This document shows, one piece after another, positions 26,690 to 39,559 of a DNA stretch of 64,000 nt (position 1 is the stretch's first letter; each line of letters begins with the position of its first letter). The stretch is from Octopus sinensis (Eukaryota). Below the pieces are notes generated by a model. The model did not search any database, was not told the origin of the DNA, and saw only the letters and a program-made list of their open reading frames with translations. The DNA lies in the NCBI RefSeq assembly GCF_006345805.1, contig NC_043012.1, positions 8,432,001 to 8,496,000 of the forward strand, in the 5' to 3' direction. Made by a program: the position numbers and the translations under genes.

Positions 26690-26940
26690 TTATGTTGGAT
26701 TGTCATGTTGGAATGTTGCTGGATTGTCGCATTGGAGTGTCATATTGGGGTGTCATGTTAGATTGTCCTGTTGGATTGTCTTGCTGGAATGTCATATTCC
26801 ATTGTCCTGTTGGATTGCCCTGTTGGATTGTCATGTTTGGATTACCCTCTTGGATTGCCCTGTAGGGTTGTCTTGTTGGATTGTCTTGCTGGAGTGCCAT
26901 GTTTCATTGTCCTGTTGGATTGTCATATTGGAGTGTCTTA
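26690..26940 (+). repeat. Degenerate 12 bp minisatellite (TGTTGGATTGTC-like), ~20 units
   Basis: Recurrent GGATTGTC/GGAGTGTC spaced ~12 bp. Confidence 0.8.
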
Positions 26941-27480
26941 TTGAACAACACAGCATGTGTTGGTGTTGAACACAGATTGACAATAACTTAATTGACTATA
27001 ACTTTCTTTATAGAGTTGTACCAGCAACACACAGTATCATTTAGACATCATGGTGCTGTACCGGTAATATATCATTAAAAATACAGTTCTTTTGTTTGAG
27101 TAGATATTTTCAGCCTTGTTATGACCTCTAGGTCACACTGTTATGATTTATAAGTCACTCTTCAATAACCTATATGTGACCCTTCAATGACCAGCATACA
27201 ACCAACAGGCCTTGGTACGCTTCACACACAGATATGGTTAAGTATTTGTTTTGTCACTGTTGATTGAATTTCAGTTTGTGTTCAGAGGTTCTATCTCTGG
27301 TCATGTCACCTTCATTTTGGGGCCAGTTGTTGTTGAAGTGTTTAGAATTTAAAACTTTATGATCCCTATTTTACTGATAATTGAGAGTTTGTTGAGGGGA
27401 AACTTGAGTAAATGAACTGATTTGTGTTGAATGAGTTTTGGAAGATATCTGACTTAGGAACCAGTTTTGGGAGATATCTG

Positions 27481-27850
27481 GTTTAGGAAGTGTATAAATT
27501 CATTCCTATTTTAAAGTTCTTTGATGTTTAGGAATAATAAATTCATTGCTTTTCCATTAATCTGTGAGGTTTAAAAATATTAAATTCATTGTATTCTATA
27601 GGTTTTGTTGTTTGAGGTTTAGGAATGGTAAGTTGATTTCTATTCTATAATTATCTAAGGTTTAGGAATAGTAAATTCATTGCTTTTCTATGAATTTATG
27701 AAGTTTAAGAATGGCAAATTCATTGTATTTTATAGTTTCTTTGAGTTTTAGAAATGATAAGTTCATTTCTATTCTGTAATTCTTTGAGGTTTAGGAATTG
27801 TAAATTCTATGTTATTGTGTAGTTCTTGGAGGTTTAAGAATAGTAAGTTC
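27481..27850 (+). repeat. Degenerate ~43 bp minisatellite, ~8.5 units
   Basis: Recurrent GTTTAGGAAT..TAAATTCATT.. units with an ABC-ABC variant pattern. Confidence 0.8.
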
Positions 27851-28930
27851 CCTTGGACATACTTAACATCTTTCCCTTGAAATCTTTTGTTCTTATTCAG
27901 AGATTAAAAAAAAAAGCTGCCTTTTTAATCCCAGTCTGCAGCTATTATTTAACACTAGCATTCAGATTATCTTGTCAAATGTAATGCTTATTTATTCACA
28001 TTGTGTCCACTACCACCACCACCATCTGATGACCATTTTCCATGGGTTGGACAGTTTGACAGGAGCTGACCGGCTGAAGGGCTGTTCAGGCTCCAGTTGT
28101 CTGTTTTGTTATACTTTTTACAGCTGGATGCCCTTCTTAATGCCAACCACTTTACAGAGTGTAGTGAGTACTTTTACACAACACCAGCATGGGTGCTTTT
28201 TACTTGGTACCAGCACATATGAAACTGCAAGATGAAGGATGCTCAGCTGGAGAGAGATGCAGGGGATGAGCTTGTATGCAAGGACATGCACACTTTTACT
28301 CGACAAACTGCTAGGAGTCTTGGACCCCTGTCATCTCCTCTGCGAGTCTTGTCAGTAGATCCTTTCTCACCACCTCATCCCATGTTTTCTTGGGTTTATC
28401 CCTTCCACATGTTCCCACTACAACTGCATTTTCACAAATAAAACTTAACCTAATTAACACATTATTTTGTTTTTACACCCATTAGTCCCTTTTAACTACC
28501 CCATTATCACTCCACTTTCCTTCAACACCCACATGGATCGTTTCACCATTCTCAGTGGGGCAGTACCACCCACTTTGAGGACCACTGCTTTAAATTAATA
28601 ATGCGTTATCTTGTGGCTTTGAGATTTCGATGATGTGGTTGTCTGTTTTTAGAATAACATTGTAGGGTAGGGGTGAGGGTCCAGATCTGGTCAGTTTCAA
28701 CATAAAACAGGCAGAATATTTTGGCCAGTTTAAACGCTAAAGGGTTAAGAAAGATCTGCAGAGGAAATAAAAGATGTTATTTTCAGGAATTTACCCAAAA
28801 CAATTTCAAAGATCTTGTCTTTGGTGACATGACAAGCACTTACAGTAAATATGTGAGGTGTTAAGAAATATCAACATCTCTTGTAGTTGCAGGAAGAATC
28901 AAATAAGAAATTTACAACTTTTGTACTCAC

Positions 28931-29271
28931 CTCATCAGCGCCACAAGAATTCGGTAAGCTCCTTTTTCCATCACATTGTGAAGACATGTATTTCCTTCAA
29001 AGTCCTGTGCATCAATGTTGATGCCCATACAAGCCATTCCATATATGACTGTCACAGTTGGTGGGTCCTTAAACAAGTGTGCATTTTCAATCATAAGATG
29101 CAGATAAGATCCTCCTGTGTAGGGGTCCATGATGTTTAGGTCTGCTCCTGTCATACTTTCAGAATATACGCAGTATTCATTGAGGGTATCAAATACTTCA
29201 GATGGGTTACCTCTCTTAATTGCTTTATAAAGGTTAGTTTCCATAAATGGCACAACTGTATTTTCTGCCAT
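28931..29271 (-). CDS. Ankyrin-repeat protein, coding exon 1 (MAENTVVPF...GAYRILVALM)
   Basis: ATG in AAGATGG context with an in-frame TAA 9 nt upstream. Ankyrin-like segments DLNIMDPYTGGSYLHLMIE and GINIDAQDFEGNTCLHNVMEKG. Ends at donor AG|GTGAGT; 341 nt, phase 2. Confidence 0.9.
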
Positions 29272-29455
29272 CTTTCCTTATATGTACATCACCAATGTGC
29301 AATAATGTATTACATACACACATACGCACAACCCACTAACATTCTACAATATATTATATGTACGCACACATATATACATGTATATATATATGCTTGAAAG
29401 GATATGCATTGACAGTGCCTGCACTCACACTTTTGTACACTTATATATGTGTGTG

Positions 29456-29498
<43 letters not shown>

Positions 29499-30314
29499 GG
29501 CAAACAAGGTGAGGCTTCGAAGTCACTGTCAACCTTCTTGTAAAAGTTTAATAAACATGCATTCTATTTTAAACTATTGAGCAACCCTTCAGTTTAATGT
29601 TAAATTGTTTTTGCATACAATTTGACTATAAACAAACAATGTATGTATAAAATATATATAAGTATGTGTGTGTGTGGCTGTGTGGTAAGTAGCTTGCCTA
29701 CCAAGAACATGGTTCTGGGTTCAGTCCCACTGCGTGGCATCTTGGGCAAGTGTCTTCTGCTATAGCCTCGGGCCGACCAATGCCTTGTGAGTAGATTTGG
29801 TAGATGGAAACTGAAAGAAGCCTGTCGTATATATATATATATATATGTATATGTATATGTATGTATATGTTTGTGTGTCTTAGCGGTTCGGCAAAAGAGA
29901 CCGATAGAATAAGTACTGGGCTTACAAAAGAATAAGTCCCGGGGTCGATTTGCTAGACTAAAGGCGGTGCTCCAGCATGGCCGCAGTCAAATGACTGAAA
30001 CAAGTAAAAGAGTGAAAGAGAGAGTAAATGCACACACACACACACACACGCAAGTATATTTCTTTACACAACTTTATGAAAACAGTTCAAGCAAGTCGTG
30101 CTTAATATACAAAGCAGGTGATTGAAATCTATTGACTGACCACAGCGTTAATATTAACTATCTTTGGCTGACCATAATCATCCAGGAACAAGCAAACACC
30201 AAAAAGAAACAAACAGAAAAAAAAAACCTTTTGTCAATTCCTTTTCTTCCGACAATTTGTCCCTGTTTCCGCCTTTTTCACATTTTCATAAATTTTTCAT
30301 CACATAACCCATAC

Positions 30315-30415
30315 CTGTTTGACTTGGCTTGTGTCGATATTAAATGACACCCGGGTGGTGTAGTCACTACAATCTGCACTAGTGAGTAATACAGGGTGTA
30401 TAATGTCTGACGTCA
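30315..30415 (-). promoter_or_regulatory. Candidate promoter and non-coding first exon of the ankyrin gene
   Basis: Unique CpG-containing patch with a perfect TGACGTCA (30408-30415) followed, on the minus strand, by a good donor CAG|GTATGG at 30315/30314, ~1 kb upstream of the ATG. Inference only. Confidence 0.3.
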
Positions 30416-30904
30416 TATCTCCTTCACCCCCACCAACTCCCATTATCACCACCCGCATCTATCATTTTACCCTTCTTCAGTATTTGCCTCTGTACATGTA
30501 TGTGTGTGTGTGTGTGTATGTGTGTGTGTTGTGTGTGTGTGTGTGTGTATGTGTGTGTGTGTGTGTGTATGTGAATATATCTGTGAGTGTCTTTGTCCAT
30601 ATATGTGAATGTGCGTGTTCACATATATATATATATATAATATATTATGCATGTATGTATGTGTGTGTATATGTGATTGTGCGTGTATGTTTCAAACTTT
30701 ACTCAGTCAAGCATGAATGTACGTTTGTAACAATAAATAAATGAATAATAAAAAAAAATAAATTTGAAAGCCTTACTACCACTGAAACACAACTGTGTCT
30801 GTTAAAGTATTTAATCAAGTGTAAAGTTGCTCAGAAAATATCTGCAAGCTCAGAGTATTTGGAATATTGTCACAAGAACTATGTCACCAAGTCTCCAGAA
30901 CTAA

Positions 30905-31164
30905 CGTAATAATAATAATAATGATGATGATAATATAATACAATAATAATAATAATAGTATTATAAAAAAATAATAATAATAATAAAATAATAATATTAA
31001 TAATAATAATAATATAAATAAAATAATAATAATAATATTAATAATAATAAAATAATAATAATAATAATAATATCTATAATAATAATAATATAATATAATA
31101 TTATAATAATAATAATATATGAATAATATCATAAGATTAATAATAATAATAATAATAATAATAA

Positions 31165-31195
<31 letters not shown>

Positions 31196-31317
31196 TGTAT
31201 AATAATAATAATAATAATCATAATAAAATAAATATTAATATAATAATAATATAATAATAATTAAATAATAATATAATAATATTATATAATAATAAGATTA
31301 ATAATAATAATATAATA

Positions 31318-31364
<47 letters not shown>

Positions 31365-31885
31365 TTAATAATAATATAATAATAATAATATATAATTTAA
31401 TATAATATAATAATAATAATAATATTAATAATAATATAAAAATAATAATAATAATAATATATTAATATAATAATAAGATAATAATAATAATAATAATAAT
31501 ATTAATAATAATAATAATATAATAATAATAATATAATAATAATATTAATAATAATAATAATAATATAATAATAATAATAATAATAAAATAATAATAATAA
31601 TAATATTAATATAGTATATAATAATAATACTAATATTAATAATAATAATAATAATAAATATATATAATAATAATAATAATATTAATAATAATAATAATAA
31701 TATAATAATAATAATATAATAATATAATAATAAATGTAATAATAATAATATAATATTAATAATAATAATATAATAATAAATAATAATAATAATAGTAATA
31801 ATAATAATAATAATAAATTAATAATAATAATAATAATAATATTAATATAATAATAATAATAAGAATAATATAATAATAATAATAA
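30905..31885. repeat. ~1 kb interrupted (AAT)n microsatellite
   Basis: AAT repeat with frequent single-base indels. Confidence 0.95.
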
Positions 31886-32120
31886 AAATCTATCTTTCTT
31901 TTATTGGCTACATGGGCTGATATATATAAACATAAAAGGACTTACAATGACATTAAAAGCTAAAAAACAGATGATACAATAGGTTTTGACGTACATGCAC
32001 ACAGAAAAATAACTAAAAATTAAACAAGTAAAACTCCCAATAGGGGGGCTGCTTAAGGTGAGTGGATTTGGTAGTTGAACTGAAACAAGCCCGTCGTATA
32101 CACACACACACACACATATT

Positions 32121-32163
<43 letters not shown>

Positions 32164-32166
<3 letters not shown>

Positions 32167-33195
32167 AAAAATAGGAGATGTCGAACACGAGTGGTGATAT
32201 ATAAAAAAGGAAATGAAGAAAATGCTGACAAATAATTGAAGTAATTTAAGTAATTTAATTAGGTGAAAGTTCTTTTTACCGGTTGCGGCATTTGTTATGC
32301 TTATCAAAATAAAGAGAGATTAGAGTCTGTCTCTTATATGTGAAAAAAGAGGCTCCAGAGTTGTTTTTGGATTTGCTTGGTTTCGCGCCTAAAATTTTGA
32401 TGTGGTCATTATGAAGGGGTCACGTGAATGTTTGAATGGAAGTTGGTGTTGGGGTAAGAAAAAAAGCTCCAGAGAAGTTAAAATTTGTGCTAGTGTCCTG
32501 CCCAAAATTCCTTTTGGGCCATAATAAAGGTCACGTGAATGTTTAGAATTTTCGAAAATAGTGTGGTTGAAAATTCTTATTGTTCAGGCTGGTCAGTAGA
32601 CGTCATGTGGATATTTAAATAGCTTTTTAGCGCATAGTTAGGGGTGTAATTTTCCCGCTTGACTGGATAGTAAAAGTTCGTTTAGAACAGGGAGAGCTGT
32701 ATGTATGTATGTGTGTGCGCGCGCGCGTGTGTGTGTTATAAAGCTATTTAAAATATCCACATGACGTCTACTGACCAGCCTGAACATAGAATTTTCACAA
32801 CACTATTTTCGAAAATTCTAACATTCACGTGACCTTTATTATGGCCAAAAAGAAATTTTAGGCAGGACACTAGCCAAATTTTAACTTCTCTGGAGCCTTT
32901 TTTCTTACCCCAACACCAACTTCCATTCAAACATTCACGTGACCCCTTCATAATGACCAATCAAAATTTTAGGCGCGAAACCAAGCAAATCCAAAACAAC
33001 TCTGGAGCCTCTTTTTTTCACATATAAGAGACAGACTCTAATCTCTCCTTTATATTTTGATAAGCATAACAAATCGCAACGGTAAAAAGAACTTTCACCT
33101 ATTAAATTACTTAAATTACTTCAATTATTTGTCAGCATTTTCTTCATTTCCTTTTTTATATATCACCACTCGTGTTCGACTCTCCTATTTTTAAA
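32164..33195. mobile_element. ~1 kb fold-back element with ~460 bp inverted arms in a (TA)n tract
   Basis: Arms 32164-32626 and 32740-33195 are reverse complements differing mainly by 1-2 nt indels; 113 nt spacer. Confidence 0.75.
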
Positions 33196-33246
<51 letters not shown>

Positions 33247-34086
33247 CTTGCAAACAACTTGCACATGCAAGTGCTACCAGTTAAAAGCTCCGTATATCGG
33301 AAGCTAGCAAGTGTATGGGGTCATCAGGAGAGAATGCGCACCGTTTCGAGGCCTACCTCTCGACGGCATCAATGCACACCGGCCCCCCTCACTGATATGA
33401 GGCCCCGCTTTCTAGATCAGATGGTTATGAAGAACTCAATATACTTCTAGCCATCGCTCATCGTCTTTTTTTAACCAAATCCAGTGGCTAGCCTTCTCCA
33501 CTGTATATATATGGCCTAGTGGTTAAAGCAGCGGACTCGCAGTCGAGGGGTCACAGGTTCGAATCTCAGACCGGGCGATGTGTGTGTTTATGAGTGAAAC
33601 ACCTAAGCTCCGCATGGCTCCAGCAGAAGGTAATGGCGAACTTCTGCTGACTCTTTCGCCACAACTTTCTCTCACTCTTTCCTCCTGCAACATGCAGCTC
33701 ACCTGCGATGGACAGACGTCCTGTCCAGGTGGGGAACTTATATGTCAAGGAAACCAGGAACCAGCCCTATGAGCCAGGCATGGCTTGAGAAGGATCAACA
33801 ACAATATATATATATATCATCATCATCATCATCATCGTTTAACGTCCGTTTTCTGTGCTAGCACAGGTTGGATGGTTCGGCCGGGGGTCTGGGAAGCCAG
33901 GAGGCTGCACCAGGCTCCAGTCTGATCTGGCAGTGTTTCTACAGCTGGATGGCCTTCCTAATGCCAACCACTCCGTGAGTGTAGTGGGTGCTTTTTACGT
34001 GCCACCAGCATGGAGGCCAGTCAAGGCTGCATTGGCATTGGCCACGTTCGGATGGTGCTTTTTACATGCCACTGTCACAGAAGCCA

Positions 34087-34189
<103 letters not shown>

Positions 34190-34249
34190 GTATGTTTATG
34201 GGTGTGTCTAGACTGAAACAAGTAAAAGATTAAAAAAAAACGATAAGAC

Positions 34250-34560
34250 ATCAACTTGTCTTCTGCAAATTGAGTATGGACATTTCTCTGGCAGCCGAAG
34301 AATCTTGTCTTTTTTTCCCAATCTCTAAAGCTTTTATCTTTGCTAGGTTTACTTTGAGAGACTGCAATTCTTTGTTTTACTTCCACATTTGGAATTATGT
34401 CTCCAACTTATTTAAAAGATTCCTTTGTGCAAATGAGGTCATTGGTATACAGACATTTTCCAAGAGCTGCTAGATTTAAACTTCTCTTTTGATATTCGGA
34501 GAATTATGGTAAACAAGAGAGGAATGAGAATGACCTTGATGGACACCTACTAGCACTTTG
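34250..34560 (-). mobile_element. Highly degenerate RTE-type RT fragment
   Basis: Minus-frame remnant QMWK*NKELQSLKVNLAKIKAL resembles WK..E.KGLRVN..KTK; multiple stops. Confidence 0.4.
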
Positions 34561-35184
34561 GTTAAACATTGGAGTAACAGAAATATAAGAACACGTTTTC
34601 CATTCACAGTATTACCTATATCCTTTTCTCTAACAATCTGTCACTTATCTCATGCTCTTGCAAACACAAGTGCCCCTCTGTCTATATCCTTTCCTCACCT
34701 GTTCCTTTGTCCCTATCCCTGTCACCTGTGTCTTGGTTCCTATCCCCTTCCCACACTCATCATCTTGTATCTTGTGGGTATGCCCTAGCACCTCATTACC
34801 ACCTTCTTTTTCTATGTTTCTGGCTGGAGGTGAGGTAGCTATGCACCTCTTCGAAAGTAACACATCTGTTCCTATCTTTCTGTCATACTCTTGCCTTTCA
34901 ATACCAGGCATAAAAGCCATCTTCCTCAGAGCAACACTAATTCTCAATCAAGAGGTCTTGTCTTGCAACCTATTTGGTCACTAGTACCAATAATATGGAA
35001 AATCACTCAGTACATTGTTAAATGGTTGGCATTACAAAGGGCATTCGCTCATAGAAACCATACCAAAACAGGTATGAAACTCAACACAGTTCTCTGATCT
35101 TTTGTATTGCATCAAACTGTCCAACCCACGACAATCATCATCATCATCATCATCATCATCGTTTAATGTGCCACTGGCTACAAA

Positions 35185-35580
35185 TGTTAAATGAAGAAGA
35201 AGAAGAAGAAAACGATGACGATGACGAAGAAGAAGACGACGACGTAGGAGGAGGAGAAGAAAGAGGAGGAGGAGGTGGAGGAGGAGGTGGAGGAGGAGGT
35301 GGAGGAGAAGAAGAAGAAGAAGAAGAAGACGATGACGATGGAGGAGGCGGAGAAGAAGGAGGAGGAGATGGAGGAGGAGGAGGAGGAGGAGGAGAAGAAG
35401 AAGAAGACGACGATGACGGAGGAGGAGGTGGATGAGGAGGTGGAGGAGGAGAAGAAGAAGAAGAAGAAGAAGATGATGACGATGACGAAGAAGAAGAAGA
35501 AGAAGAAGAAGAAAAGAAGAAGAAGAAGAAGAAGAAGAAGAAGAAGAAGAATAAGAAAAAGAAGAAGAAGAAGAAGACAG
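35185..35580 (+). repeat. Purine-rich compound triplet repeat (GAA/GGA/GAC/GAT)
   Basis: Continuous in-phase triplets; source of the spurious E/D/G- and K/R-rich ORFs. Confidence 0.95.
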
Positions 35581-36043
35581 TGATGACGGCGACTTTTAAA
35601 AGTTCAGCAAAACCCAGCCCAGTCTTTCAGCTCACAGCATCGTGCAAAAGAGACAAAAGTTCTCTGCCAAGTATGCACAAAATATAAACCTTCAGATTGC
35701 AGCAATGGCCCACTTCATTAAGTAACTGAAATGTGGAGAAGAATCAGTGATGCGGAAATACATATTCAATATCTCTATACAGCAAAGATACATAAACTTG
35801 CCTTTCTATGCTCAACTTCAGATTTATCAGTTTATTGATGAATCATTAATCTATTGATAAGTGCAAAAATAAAACTTAGGTAACGAACATTGAAGTGCTC
35901 AAAGTTGACCTTGAACTAGGATATGACTTTTAGCCAACAGTGATTTGTAAAGGTTAACTTTATTTATTGATTTTTTCCTTTATTTTGCCTTTTTGCTGTC
36001 AATTAGTATAAGTGCAGTGTCATACTTCTAACAATATATGTAA

Positions 36044-36082
<39 letters not shown>

Positions 36083-37074
36083 CACACACACACACACACA
36101 TACATTCATGTGTGTGTATTTATGTATCTGTATGTGTGTATGTATATATATACATATATAAGCGCGCACACACACACACACACATACATACGTATATGTA
36201 TATGTATGTATATATGTTTATGTGTGTGTGTATTTGTGTGTATATATGTATATATAGATGTATGTATGTCACATGGTGGTGTTTGTCATAGTGTCACAGG
36301 GTGTGTTACCGTACCAATCCTACTATTCTGGTATGAGTAATACTCAAAAATAAACATGCAAACAGTAGGTTTTGAACTCAGAATATAAAGAGTCAAAAGA
36401 ATACTTCAAAAGCACTTTTTTTTTCATGATCTGACAATTCTAAGAACGAACTCAATACTCAGCAAAGAGTTGATAATCTGGATCAAGTTTGTTTCATTCA
36501 CAAAATCAGCCCCCTTCAATTTTACTCAGATTGTTTTCAATTTTGGTGTATCAATGCAGTTCTGAATTTTGATTACGCTCAACTAATTACTTTAATTTGC
36601 AAATTAAAGAATCTGATGTTATTTGGAATTAAAGTTGGAAAATTTGGGTAATTTTAGCCAATCAACAGACAGTGAGGCATTAACAACTTGTTACCATGAC
36701 AACCACATGTCGTACTGTGTTTCACTTCAGCTGCACATTGTGTTGTGTTGATTCTTCACACCACAAGATTCACTTCACCCATGTGTTTTGCTTTAATTTT
36801 TGTGTGTGTTGGTATTTTACATATTTTTCTGTTTTAGTATGTTACATAGTCCCCTGGCACCTCAGATCCTGTTGGACCCTTCAAACCCATGCCAGCATGA
36901 AAGCCAGACATTAAGTGATGATACCAATGATGATGATGATATCAGTATTGAAGCACATGATAATGTAGACATCCTAATTGTAGAGTAACAACAAGATATG
37001 ACACAACTACAACACAGAAAGTTTCTTAAAATACACAGTTTTTTCAATTTTTAACTCTCTCTTTTCTCTTTTCT

Positions 37075-37466
37075 CTCTTTTACTTGTTTCAGTTATTTGA
37101 CTGCGGCCATGCTGGAGCACCGCCTTCTAGTCGAGTAAATCGACCCCAGGACTTATTCTTTGTAAGCCTAGTACTTATTCTATCAGTCTCTTTTGCTGAA
37201 CCGCTAAGTTACGGGGACGTATACACACCAGCATCGGTTGTCAAGCAATGCTAGGGGGACAAACACAGACACACAAACATATATATATATATACACATAT
37301 ATACGACTGGCTTCTTCCAGTTTCCGTCTACCAAATCCACTCACAAGGCTTTGGTCGGCCCGAGGCTATAGTAGAAGACACTTGCCCAAGGTGCCACGCA
37401 GTGGGAATGAACCCGGAACCATGTGGTTGGTAAGCAAGCTACTTACCACACAGCCACTCCTGTGCC
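37075..37466 (-). mobile_element. SINE family A, full-length
   Basis: Reverse complement of the family A consensus. Confidence 0.9.
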
Positions 37467-39160
37467 TAACTGTCTAACTTTTTTGTTGAATATTTTCTCC
37501 ACAAGTTCATGGCTTCAAAGGAAGAAGCATGGAAAATTGCATCAATATAACCTATTTTCAGATTAAAAAAAATTTTTTTTTAAATGCAGATTTTGTGAAT
37601 AAAACAAACTAGATCCAATAAGCTTGCATGGAATTTGGTTTTGGTTAAAAACCTTGTTCAAAAACCCTTGTTTACAATGATAAGTGGATGGCAACAGCAA
37701 ATGGTTCTCCACACATTTTCTAGACGTATCAATTGTATTTAGATGGCTGTAAGTTGGCAGCATTGTTAGCACACAGGACAAAATTTCTTCTGGCTTTGCA
37801 GTCTGAGTTCAAATTCTACTAAGGTCAACTTTGCCTTTTATACTTTCAAGGGTGATAAAGTAAGTGCCCATCAAGCAGTGGGGTCAATATGATCAATTAG
37901 CCCTCCCCCAAAATTACTGGCTTTGTGCTTGCACTAGAAATTATTATTTTAAGTTCCATATATGCTGCGACTGCGAAGACCTGACAAATAACATGAGTAC
38001 ATGACTGTTTCTTGCACCAGCTTCACATAGAAGCCCCAGCCCATCCAAAGTGCCTTGGATCACAGGACGGCCTGCTGTGCTTACCTTGGATTGCTGGGCG
38101 ACCCGCTGTACTTGAGGAGACCTATTGAGTCAAGTACATCAACATCAAAAAATCAAATGGAAATTGTAATTGTGATACCTGTGCCGCTGGTGCGTAAAGA
38201 GCACCAACCGATCGTGGCCATTGCCAACCTCCTCTGGCACCTGTGCCGGTGACATGTAAAAAGCACCCACTACACTAACAGAGTGGTTGGCATTAGGAAG
38301 GGCATCCAGCTGTAGAAACACGTTGGAGAGGAGCGGATGTTGCTCACCAGGGTGGAGCAGGCGTAAGTGGAAGAAAGGAAGCAGGGGAGAGAGAGGGACG
38401 AACACTTATGAAGACCAAGACTTCCAAATTGCTTGGGCAATGCAGCCTGATCGTGGGACATTGAAAAGAGTCTGACATTGACCAAGCATTTGAGTCACTC
38501 AAAGATTAGGTTGTCGAAATGTTGGAGGCATGATGGGAATCGGTAAGATGAGCTGACTCTGAGCAAATATAGAAGCTTTGGCCCATGGGACTTTCGAATG
38601 AAAAAGTCCCTTGATTTTTTTTCTTGTAGTGTGGTCCACCTGATGAAGAGCCATGTCTCATGTGGCCTGCTTCTCAAAATAAAGATTGCCTGTGCTTGTT
38701 CTCAACCAACAACAGTTAAATAATTTACTTGAATTTATCAAAAGTAATGTTACTAAGAGCTTAAAAACTGTAAGAAGAAAATTCTAATTTTTTTCCTTTT
38801 ATTGAAATAAACCAATCCTTATAATTTTAGGAAGGGAATTCACAAAAGCGTCGGACATTCTGACATCAAGCCTTGTTGAGATCAGTTTTTTTCTTTTTAC
38901 CTGTTCAGTGTCAATGAAAACTAATGTGGTCAATTTAATATTCCAGCATTCCAGTAGTATAGAGTCGGAAATTATGTGGAACTTTTTAAAATCTTTCCTA
39001 CCACCAGAATGTTTTTATATTTTCTACACTGATGTAGTTATGAATGCTGATGACACAAATAACATTAAAAATTGATAAGAACTTTTGGTGTCAGGAAAAG
39101 ATTTAAAAAGATCCTTTTATGCAGTGCCTTAAAAAGTGATTTTTTTTCTGTATGTACATG

Positions 39161-39559
39161 CTTTAAGTATCGTAAATTACGATTCTGCAAAAAAGTAGAA
39201 AGAAATTTAGGGTGGCGATTCTTTTGCTCCTTTCCGTATTTTTAAAAAATTTAATTTTTGACTTTCTTTTGATAAATATTCAGATTTATATTGTAAAGAT
39301 ATGAGACGATGATTATACAAAACATAATTCTGAAACCTTGAGACTTGGGAGGGTCATTATGTCAATAATAATTGACAAAAATGACCCTCCCAAAACACAA
39401 GACTGGTTTTGATACACGAATTCACATCAGAAATCTTGCAAACCAAATAATTCTGAAATATTGTCAGAAAAAAGTCAAACGGTAAAGGAGGAGGAAATTT
39501 CACCACCTTCAAAAATGATTTTCTCTTTGTTGCAAGTTCGTAATCTACAATGCTTAAAA
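39161..39559. repeat. Old, diverged fold-back with a well-preserved central hairpin
   Basis: Core TTGGGAGGGTCATTATGTCAAT-aata-ATTGACAAAAATGACCCTCCCAA (39345-39393); outer arms still align with many mismatches. Confidence 0.65.

Noticed and set aside
26659-26969. Cys/Trp-rich ORFs resembling metallothionein or keratin-associated proteins
   Set aside because: Translation of a 12 bp minisatellite, open in multiple frames.
33512-33575. tRNA-like sequence with A and B boxes (also at 2918, 19085, 63856)
   Set aside because: No closing acceptor stem or terminator; continues into SINE body sequence and is multi-copy, so it is a SINE head.
35166-35583. Acidic/Gly-rich and Lys/Arg-rich ORFs
   Set aside because: Pure products of triplet repeats; open in several frames with no splice signals.
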